DNA of 51,774 nucleotides from Dendrobates tinctorius (lineage: Eukaryota): positions 1,500,227-1,552,000 of the forward strand of contig NW_027361990.1 of NCBI RefSeq assembly GCF_039654945.1, read 5' to 3'. Below are positions 14,201 to 36,334 of the stretch, one piece after another. The notes under the pieces were generated by a model. It saw only the letters and a list, made by a program, of their open reading frames with translations, was not told the DNA's origin and made no database searches. How positions within the stretch are numbered: the stretch's first letter is position 1; each line of letters begins with the position of its first letter. The position numbers and the translations under genes were made by a program.

Positions 14201-14966
14201 TGTAGCATGTAACCCCCGCTCCTTACTGGGCGTCTGTAGTATGTGATCCCCGCTTCTTACCTTGCTTCTGTAGCATGTGACCCCCGCTCGTTACTTTGCT
14301 TCTGTAGCATGTGACCCCCGCTTCTTACCTTGCTGCTGTAGCATGTGACCCCCGCTCGTTACTTTGCTTCTGTAGCATGTGACCCCCGCTTCTTACCTTG
14401 CTTCTGTAGCATGTGACCCCCGCTCCTTACCGGGCATCCGTAGCATGACCCCCGCTTCTTATCGGGCGTCTGTATGTGACCCCCGCTTCTTTCCGGGCGC
14501 CAGTAGCCTGTGACCCCCGCTTCATACCTTGCCTCTGTAGCATGTGACCCCCGCTCCTTACCTGGGCGTCTGTAGTCTGTGACCCCCGCTCCTTACCTTG
14601 CCGCTGTAGCATGTGACCCCCGCTCCTTACCTGGGCGTCTGTAGTCTGTGACCCCCGCTTCTAACCGGGCGCCTGTAGCATTTGACCCCCGCTTCTTACC
14701 TTGCTTCTGTAGCATGTGACCCCCGCTTCTTACCAGGCGTCTGTAGCATGTGACCCCCCGCTTCTAACCGGGCGTCTGTAGCATGTGACCCCTGCTTCTT
14801 ACCTGGGCGTCTGTAGTCCGTGACCCCGCTCCTTAACGGGCATCTGTAGTGTGTGATCCCCGCTCCTTACCATGAGGCTGTAGTCTGTGACCCCCGCTTC
14901 TTACCTTGCTTCTGTAGCATGTGACCCCCGCTTCTTACCTTGCTTCGGTAGCACGTGACCCCCGCT
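11290..14966. repeat. About 34-bp minisatellite, about 105 copies, with higher-order blocks
   Basis: Unit CCTTACCGGGCGTCTGTAGCATGTGACCCCCGCT and variant CTTACCTTGCTTCTGTAGCATGTG. Confidence 0.97.
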
Positions 14967-15886
14967 GACCGGCTTTGTAGTCTCGGCTCTGCTTCTTGTT
15001 TGTCTGCTGAAGGTCATCGGATAAATCAGATTACAGATGGCTCAGACCGGGGGCCGGTCCAGGTGTGGACCCTTCTCCCATATTTCCCTGCTGTGATGCA
15101 GATCTCTGGCGGGATCGCGCTCCCAGCCTCAGCGGACTGTTCATTACCCCATGAACACAGGCGGGGAGAGACTTTTACAGTTTATTACATTCGTACTTTG
15201 CTCAGTATTTTTGATTCATTTTTCTTCAAGAAATTTCTTTTTATGTTCTCAGTAACGGAGCAGAAGTCCGGACGAAGAAGGAAAGACACGCCACCTGCAA
15301 ATGTAAGAAAAAGCGTGAACGTTTATGGGCCGTGCCATGTATCAGTGGGGGTCCCAAACTGAAACCTGGGCAAAGTGGGACCCCCGGCCCACACACTGTG
15401 AGCCCCAGCACCATCAGCCCAGGCACCGTGAGCCTCACATATGGTGGGAAGACCCCTAAAATGAAGGTGTTGTGGGCTCTCTGGGCGCCACACGGCCCCA
15501 GATATCACATCCAAGTGGCTGCAGGAAACTGGGCGTCTGTGGATCAGTAGTGCTTTGCCTTTTACTTTGCAGGTCACCGCCACACAATTCCTCCCCGGAC
15601 ACAGGAGGCGTCTAATGGACGTCAATGCTAAGTGTGGAGCTTCAGACGAAGCGCGTCACCACATGGGAAGTGGCACAGCTGCTGCGGTACCTCTGTCACT
15701 GTGGATGGACTGCGCTGCTTATAGTCTGAGCCTCCCATCAGACAACCAGGCGTCACCGCACAGAACCGAGCGACCCCAGGAATGACGAGAGCGAGCGGCT
15801 GCCACGTGAGCGGGACCTGCAGCCGCCATACACAAATCACCGAACATCTGATGAAGGTTTTTTTCTTTTTTTAAAAAAGCAAAATG

Positions 15887-15892
15887 TTTATT
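15887..15892 (-). promoter_or_regulatory. Candidate polyadenylation signal of znf143 (second candidate at 16045-16050)
   Basis: TTTATT on + = AATAAA on -, about 1.2 kb downstream of the stop codon at the end of single-copy 3'UTR-like sequence. Confidence 0.5.
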
Positions 15893-17089
15893 GCTTCATT
15901 GTACAAATAAAATCAGTGCTTATAAATAAACGGAAGCGCGATAAGTCTCCCCTCCCCGACTGCCAACGCGACCAACGGCGTGGAGAGGAGAAAAATACGG
16001 AAATTAATATAAATAAAGAATTCATCATCGGCCGAGGGCAGCGCTTTATTAATTAATTTCAGAGATCCTCGGCGGAGCGCCCCCTAGGGGCACACGGAAA
16101 CGTCACAACGACTCATCTGATATGTCAGATTCTCAATCTGATTTATAAAGTGTCATAAATGCACAGCCCAGACGTGAGATATTTATCTGTCCACTTTCTG
16201 CTCTGCTGCCTCCCCCGGGGCGGTGCGCTCATGATGATTGGCAGCAGCATGGCCCGACCTGTGCCATCTCCGATGTCACTCAATGAGGCGGCTTTACCAC
16301 TGCAGCATAGACCTGATCCACCAGCTCCAGAGCAGCGCTCGCTGGCTGAAAAGTAAAGGATTTGTGGTGCTGTGTTCCTTGCCTAACAAAACAGCGGTGG
16401 TCGGGAACCTAGACAACGCGCCGTACACTTATACGTGCCTCCGTCCTTGAGAACAGAGTATTTGTAATAAGAGGCACATTGCAAAGTTGCTCTGTGTAGC
16501 CAGCATCTCTATGGAAGGTCTGCAATTATAAGAAAGGAACCTAAGAAGGGAAAAGTGCTAAAAAATAAAAAAATATTCATTAATCGCCATTAAGTTGCCC
16601 CGTCCTATAGTGACGATGTCACTTGCATCATTCACATGACACATGCAGGTGCCACCGCTGATGTCATGGATTGGCTGCAGCGGTCAGGTGATAGATGAAA
16701 ATGGCATCACCCGAGCGGTAACAGAGAAAGATCTCACGTCTATGGCTTCAAAGTGGATAAATGGTTTCATGTGCGGTTTCCCGGAGTTTCTCCATCTATG
16801 CCCACAATGGCGGCGGCGTGCAGGGGAGGATTATGTCCGTGACGTGCGGAACAGATAAAATAGTCTCAACAATCTCGGCATTAACAATCTCTATATACAA
16901 AAAGTACAAAGCGTCCGGAGCGCAGAAGTGAGCTCCGACAGCGAGACACCGGGGACACGCAACTGAAATGTAACATGAATTTAATCTCGGCCCCGGAAAG
17001 TGTTCAATGTCCTACATGTCCTGGAATAAGGTTTCTACATCCCGACCAGATGGAGGATGGGAAGAGTCCAAGATGGCCACTGCGGTGCG

Positions 17090-29179
<12,090 letters not shown>

Positions 29180-30702
29180 GGTTCACCTGCGGAGACAGTA
29201 AGAGCCGGTGATTACTGCTGTCCGGCCTCAATAATCTACAATGTGACGTGTTAGGATTCTACAACACTTTCACCATGTCTGTCAGTGACTAGAAACGCAC
29301 TGCTCACGCCATCCTGAGGGGGCGCTGTTTACTCAGGATTGTTACAATGTATCAGCGTGAAAAATCTGATCGGACGCTGAGAAATCTGCAGTGATTGCAC
29401 AGGATAACCAGAGCGTCACCACAGACTCATCGCAGGTGTCCCCTGCCGGCGAGGAGGGGACGGACATTGCGGCGAGTCCTCACGTACCCATCTGCTGGAT
29501 GCCTTCCATGTTCCTGCACAGATTTTTTTTACTTTATGAAATTAAAGTCAGGTGAGACTCTGCCACCGTGGTGGACACGGACTGCACGATACTGAGATGG
29601 AAGTGACTGTCGCCCGTCGGTGGAGCTACTCCACGTCTCACCCACAGACAGAGTTATCATTCACAAAGCCAGACAATGGCGCAGATTTCCTGACTTTAGG
29701 ACGGCCAAAATTTATGAATCGTTGTTACCTTTGATACCGAAGCATGAAACACCGGCCTTTGTGAATGAGAGCTTTTCACAATGCACCAATCAAGATCAAG
29801 CTTTTTTTTTTTTTTTTACATGGGACTTCACGAGCTGTAGAGACCCTGTACACAGCAGTGTCAGCCATATACGCCAGCCTGCCCTCCGGGTAACATCCTA
29901 GGAGAATCTTTCATACCTCCATTTCCTAAAGGAAGCAATAAACATCTCACGGCCGGACGCTGGGGCCTCGTTCAAGTTTCAACATAGAAGAGTCTTCTTC
30001 TCTTCCTCCCTGCGGGCCCCCCTCTGGTCTCACCTGGAATCTTATGAGCCATTATATGTGTATAAATCTGGACCAAGACATCTCTGAACTCGGTTCCTGA
30101 CCGCATCTTCTCTGGTGCAACTTTTAAGTGCCCCTTAGAAACGTTCCAGAAGGTATCTGCAGCGTTACATCTGTCAAGTGTGAACATCTCTCTTGATTTC
30201 ACATTTGCCATTTACTAATTGCTCCTTCGTTTCTTCTAAATGGTCACAGTTTTCTCTTTCACTTGATGTTTTCTGGTCGTCTTTTGCCCAGTGCGAGCTT
30301 TGGTGTATAGTAATGTCTGCTGTGGTCTTGTGCTAATTGCTTAATTATTCAAGAAGGCAAATTGGTCCCTATATCCCAGCAGACACTTCCGATATATTCA
30401 GAGCTGGCTTAGGGAGAGCCCGTATGCAATACTTTGAGTGTCTTACCAGGTAATCATGGCATGTGGACTCACAATACAGAAATGTCAGTGGCTGGATGAA
30501 AGATGCTAGAGTCTGTCTGGATCCCAGAAACTCACTCAGCTTTTATGTGCACACACTGATTACAAGCAAACAGGTCACAGGTGAGGATGTTACCTTTAGT
30601 AGACAGTCAAAGCCATTTGTGTCAACTTCTGTGCATGTTATCAGGCCAAAATCACCAGGGTATGTAAACTATTGATCAGGGTCATTTGGATGTTTTGGGT
30701 TG

Positions 30703-31160
30703 TGTGAGAATCATGTGGGAATAGTGGATGAGGGCAGGTATATCTCGCCCAGGTTCCTTTCCTATGTGCCCTAGTCTGGTCAGTATCTCACCTGGTGACT
30801 AATGAATAATGGGAGGTGGATATAAAAGGATGCCAGGTGGTTGTGTGAGTGTCTCAGCCTGGGAACACAGAGAGCCTGTCTGTGTGAGAGACACACGTGA
30901 GTGGAAGCAGTGCCCACTGCAACTGTGGTTTGGCTGGACGGGAGAAGCCCGCCAGTTGGTAGTTAGGTTGTCCATTGTTTAGTTAGTGCCGGACAGGCAA
31001 GGATTTGTTTTATGTTTTATTTCCTTTTGCATTGCTTTCACCGTTAATAAACCTGACCCAGGGTCAGTTACACCCGAATCCCAGCTCTGCGCCTGAGTTT
31101 CATGCTGAATGCACGTGACCTTTGACCCCAGCAAAGGCGATACCGGAGTGTTTTATCACA
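30703..31160 (+). repeat. 5' LTR (458 bp)
   Basis: TGTGAGAATC...TTTTATCACA; TATAAAA at 30821 and AATAAA at 31046. Confidence 0.97.
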
Positions 31161-31163
31161 TTG

Positions 31164-31183
31164 TGGTGGAGAACGCGGGCATC
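31164..31183 (+). promoter_or_regulatory. Primer binding site, tRNA-Ala-like
   Basis: TGGTGGAGAACGCGGGCATC, 3 nt after the LTR; complementary (1 mismatch) to a vertebrate tRNA-Ala 3' end GATGCCCGCATTCTCCACCA as recalled. Confidence 0.8.
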
Positions 31184-31194
31184 ACGTTGCAAGC

Positions 31195-32396
31195 ATGAGC
31201 ATGGAGGACGTGGTGAAAGCGCTGGTACAGTCCACCGCCGTCCAGCAAGAAGCTAATCGGGTGATGATGGCCCAGCTGATGGAGTTGGTGGACATGACAG
31301 TTACCGATCGTTCGCTTCTCCAGCAGGTGGCGCAGCGCCTGGCAAGCTTCCTGAGGTTTACCTGGAAGCCAAGTCGAGAGTGATTCACGTGAGTCGGTAC
31401 TGGCAGAAGATGACGACCGAAGATGACGTCGAGGCATACCTGACCACGTTTGAACGGACGGTGGTGCGAGAAAAATGGCCGAAGGCACAATGGGCCGGCC
31501 TGATTGCCCCGTTTCTTTCCGGTGAGGCCCAAAAGGCGTATTATGACTTGGAACCTGAAGCTGCGCAGGACTTTGACAAATTGAAAGCCGAGATCTTGGC
31601 CCGGCTGGGAGTGACGACCGCTGTCCGTGCACAGAGAGTGCATCAATGGACTTATCAGCCGGATAAACCACCGCGGTCACAGATGTTCGACCTGATCCAC
31701 GTGACGAAGAAGTGGCTACAACCCGAGGTGTTGACAGCGCCATAGATAATCCAGAGAGTCGTCATGGACAAGTACCTGAGAGCTCTACCGCCAGCCCTGA
31801 GGAAGTGGGTAAGCCATGGAAATCCTACAACGGCAGATCAACTGGTGGATCTGGTTGAACGTTACTCCGTGGCGGAAGGACTCCGAGACGACGCTACCCC
31901 ACCTCGTTCTTCATCATCTCCACGTGGAACCGGTAAGACTGTTCCAGGGAGTAGGGGAGATGGAAAAATCCCTAAGACAGTGGGGGAGGAAAACGGGACT
32001 GCCCGCACTGCGAGGCCGAGAGTAACGAACTATGGTCTAAGCAAGGGGCCCGTTAGGTGTTTCCGCTACCAAGAGATGGGACACATTGCTGCGAACTGTC
32101 CGCTCACTACTGAACCCATGCAGTGCGACGTCACAGACTCTAAAAACCGCATGTCTATGGTTGCACGGGTAGTGAGTGTGAATGCCGGTCAAAAGGATGT
32201 GGAAAAACACTTGTGTGATTTAACTGTTGATGGCAAAAATGTGGTGGCATTGTTAGACTCGGGAAGTGTGGTGACTCTGGTGAAGGCCAGTCTGGTGTCA
32301 GCCCCGACTGGACCGTCAGACAAATTTTCTGTAACGTGTGTGCATGGAGACACCTGTTCGTACCTCACCACGGTCATATGCATTACTACTTCCTAT
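31195..32396 (+). pseudogene. Gag (SCAN-like capsid, zinc knuckle) and N-terminal half of aspartic protease; disrupted
   Basis: [12 protein letters not shown]...W...[11 protein letters not shown]; KWLQPE...IIQRVVMDKYLRALP..LRKWV....PTTADQLVDLVERY; CFRYQEMGHIAANC (second Cys to Tyr); LLDSGS. Frameshift near 31350 and in-frame TAG at 31743-31745. Confidence 0.9.
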
Positions 32397-35300
32397 AATA
32401 ATAATAATAATAATAATTTTTTAATTATATAGCGCCAACATATTCCGCAGCACTTTACAATTAAGCGGGGACATGTACAGACAATAAATTCAATACAAGT
32501 TAAGACAATTCAAACAGTGACATTAGGAGTGAGGTCCCTGCTCGCAAGCTTACAATCTACAAGGAAATGGGGGGACACAGTAGGTGAGAAATTCTTGTTA
32601 ATTCAGGTCTGGCAATTATAATAGGGATTTTCATATAAAGCTGCATGATCCGGTCATCAGCCCGTGTGTTTAAGTGCAATAGACAAGTATCAAGTGCAGT
32701 TATCATGTGCATGAAGGGTGTGGAGACAGATGAATAGTAGGGTGCAGATTCAGAATAATATTTGGAAGGAGGGAACAGGGCAAAGTTAGCTTGCTGAGTA
32801 GTTGATGTGGTAGGCTTGTTTGAAGAGATGGGTTTTCAAAGCGCGCTTGAATAGGTCAGGGCTAGGTATCAGTCTGATCGTCTGGGGAAGTGCATTCCAG
32901 AGAGCTGGAGCAGCACGAGAGAAGTCTTGGAGACGGAGGTGCGAGGTTCGGATTACGGGGGATGTTAGTCTTAGGTCATTTGTAGAACGGAGGGCACGTG
33001 TAGGGCGATAGACAGAGATGAGAGAGGAGATATAAGGCGGTGCAGAACAGTGGAGAGCTTTGTGGGTGAGAGAGATGAGTTTATACTGGACCCTGTAGCG
33101 AATAGGTAGCCAGTGTAATGACTGGCACAAGATGGAGGCATCGATGAAGCGGCTGGACAGAAATATGACCCTGGCTGCCGCATTCAAGATGGATTGGAGA
33201 GGAGAAAGTTTGGTAAGAGGGAGACCGATCAGAAGAGAGTTGCAGTAGTCCAGACGAGAATGAATAAGAGCGACAGTAAGAGTCTTAGCAGTTTCAAAGG
33301 TGAGAAAAGGTCGGATTCTGGAGATGTTTTTAAGATGCAGGTGACAAGAGCGACTGAGTGATCGGATGTACGGAGTAAAGGAAAGTTCAGTGTCGAATAT
33401 GACCCCAAGACAGCGGGCATGCTGCTTGGGAGTTATGGTTGAACCCTCCAGGGTTATTTCGATGTTAGGTAGAGTGAGGTTAGTAGAGGGGAGAAACACA
33501 AGAAGTTCAGTTTTAGAGAGATTTAGTTTCAGATAGAGGGAGGACATGATGTTAGAGACAGCAGACAGACAATCCTTGGTATTTTGAATTAGGGTAGGGG
33601 TGATGTCAGGGGCAGAAGTGTATAATTGGGTGTCATCAGCATAGAGATGATACTGGAACCCAAATCTGCTGATTGTTTGTCCAATAGGGGCAGTGTATAA
33701 AGAGAAGAGGAGGGGGCCTAGGACTGAGCCCTGCGGGACCCCGATAGTAAGGGGACGAGAAGAGGAAGAGGAGCCGGAAAAAGATACAGTGAAGGAGCGG
33801 TCAGAGAGGTAGGAGGAGAACCAGGAGAGAACGGTGTCCTTGAGGCCTATAGAGCGGAGCATAGTGAGGAGGAGCTGGTGATCCACAGTGTCAAATGTGG
33901 CAGAGAGATCCAGTAGAATCAGCAGGGAGCAATGACCTTTCGATTTAGCTGTTATTAAATCATTAGAGACTTTAGTGAGGGCAGTTTCAGTAGAGTGTAA
34001 AGAGCGGAAACCAGATTGTAAGGGGTCGAGAAGAGAGTTATCCGAGAGATAGCGGATTAGACGGGAGTGGACCAGGCGTTCCAGGAGTTTAGAGATGAAG
34101 GGAAGGTTAGAGACAGGTCTGTAGTTAACAGTGCAGTTCTGGTCCAGGGATGGCTTTTTAAGTAAAGGGGTTATGATGGCATGTTTAAATGAGGAGGGAA
34201 ATATACCTGAAGAAAGAGAGAGGTTAAATATTTTAGTCAGGTGAGTGGTGACCACTGGTGAGAGAGACTGCAGGAGCTGTGAAGGAATAGGGTCACTGCT
34301 GCAGGTTGTAGGCCGAGCAGAAGCGAGGAGCTTGGAAACTTATTCTTCTGAAACAGGCTCAAAGATGTCTAGTGAGCTTGAGGTGCGGCAGGGAAGGGGA
34401 TCCAGGCACTGAGGAGATAGGGCTGAGATATCCTGATGGATGTGGTTGATTTTTTCTAGGAAATAAGTGGCCAGATCCTCACCGCTGAGGTTGGTGATGG
34501 GGGCCTGTACTTTAGGTTTCAGGAGGGAGTTTAAGGTTTCAAAAAGTCGTCTTGGGTTGTTGGATAGTGAGGTGATGAGGGTGGTGAAGTAGGATTGTTT
34601 GGCCAGATGAAGGGCAGAGTTATAGGTTTTGAGCATGAACTTATAGTGGATGAAGTCTTCTGCTAAGAGAGATTTTCTCCACTGCCGCTCTGCACACCTC
34701 GAGCAGCGCTGAAGAAAGCGTGTTTGCGTTGTGTGCCAGGGCTGCCGTTGTCTGTGTCGGGTCTTTCTGCGTATAGAAGGTGCTGCTTCATCTAGGGCAT
34801 TCTTCAGTGTATTATTGAAGTGTGACAATGCTAAGTCTGGACAGGAGAGGGTGGAGATGGGGGCTAAAGATGTGTGGAGATTGTCCCTAAGCTGTTGGGT
34901 ATTAATGGTACGTGTATTCCGATAAGTGTGGTAAGTGGGGGTGTCCCGGGTGAGGAGACAATTATTGACAGAGAAGAAAAGAAGGTTGTGGTCCGAGAGC
35001 GGGAGGGGTGAATTAGTAAAGTCGTGCAGCGAGCCGGGACGGGAGAAAACCAGGTCCAGAGTATTCCCGTCCTCATGTGTAGGAGAATTAGTAAACTGTG
35101 AGAGGCCGAATGAAGAAGTTAGAGAAAGAAGATGAGAGGCAGACTGGGAGAGCGGATCATTGATGGGGATGTTAAAGTCTCCCATGATGAGGGTGGGGAT
35201 GTCACAGGATAGAAAGTGAGTAAGCCAGGTGGTGAAGTGGTCTAGAAACTGGCGGGAGGAGCCTGGAGGGCGATAAACAACCGCCACTGGTAAGGAGAAA

Positions 35301-36327
35301 GGCTTAAAGAGTCTGACGGCGTGGACTTCAAAGGAAAGAAATGTAAGTGAGGGAACCGGGGGGATGACCTGGAAAGCACATTGTGATGAAAGCAGCAAAC
35401 CAACACCTCCACCCTGTCTGTTCTCAGGTCTGGGGGTATGTGAAAATTTCAGCCCACCAAACGAGAGAGCGGCAGCAGCGGTGGTGTCTGAATGGTGGAT
35501 CCAGGTTTCTGTAATAGCCAGAAGGTTAAGGGAATTAGAGAGAAAAAGATCGTGAATGTAAGTCAGTTTGTTACACACAGACCGTGCATTCCAGAGAGCA
35601 CATTGGAAAGTGAGAGGAGAAGGCATGCACTGAATGTTAATAAGATTAGCAGGGTTGCTATATGCAGCTGGAGGAGAGAAACGTATGCTGGTGGAGGGAG
35701 GCCCAGGGTTGGGGGAGATGTCACCTGCAACTATTAAAAGGAGAAAAAACAGAAAAAGCAGGTGGTGGGATGATTTGTATGAACGTTTTGAGCGCTGCAT
35801 GGTGGTTTTGGATGGTTTGGTGTGGGTAAGAAATGTCAATAGAGCCTCAGAGTTATACATGGGAGAGGGGAAAAGGGAGGGGTGGATATGCAGAGAGTGC
35901 ACAGAATGTGTAAAAGGGCAGGCGAGTTGTTAGAAAGCAGAGGTGAAGACAAAAAAGCAGAAGGTTGATATGATCAATGCAAATGTAGTACGACTGACCA
36001 AGAAGCATGCGTGCATGAAAAGCTTATGCACCTTACCTGTCTCCTGCCCTGTCCAGCTGCATTGTCTAACTGCAAAGCACTTTATCCTGTTGCACTTAAT
36101 ATCTGTTGCACGCATGAGCCCGCACGTGTGCTATCCCAGCCAGAGCTAAATATATATGAAATGAAATGTCTGCTAGCTTCAGCCACCAAAAGGCCACAAT
36201 CAGTAATTAACCAATTAGCACAAGGCCAGAGCAGGCATTACTATGCAGGGTAAATAACTAACGCTGGACAAGGCCATCAAACAGAGAAAGGGACAAAAAA
36301 AAAAAAAAAAAACCTTTCTACCTTTCT
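32397..36327 (-). mobile_element. L2-clade LINE (3.9 kb) inserted antisense into the Gypsy protease
   Basis: (TAT)n 3' tail at 32397-32417; 7-bp TSD TTCCTAT (32390-32396 / 36328-36334); APE endonuclease plus RT ORF. Confidence 0.95.
32786..35902 (-). pseudogene. L2 ORF2 (2A-like leader, APE endonuclease, reverse transcriptase) with one in-frame stop at 34340-34342
   Basis: WNARS, LAITETW, GDFN and SDH endonuclease motifs; [18 protein letters not shown] and YADD RT motifs; [13 protein letters not shown] and [11 protein letters not shown]-terminus. The 520-aa and 489-aa ORFs are in the same frame. Confidence 0.95.
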
Positions 36328-36334
36328 TTCCTAT

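Noticed and set aside
1430-14966. CRISPR-like regular arrays
   Set aside because: Units are contiguous with no unique spacers, there are no cas genes, and the context is eukaryotic
31340-31745. Programmed frameshift or stop read-through in gag
   Set aside because: No slippery heptamer seen; the lesions fall inside the capsid region and accompany a zinc-knuckle mutation, so decay is more parsimonious
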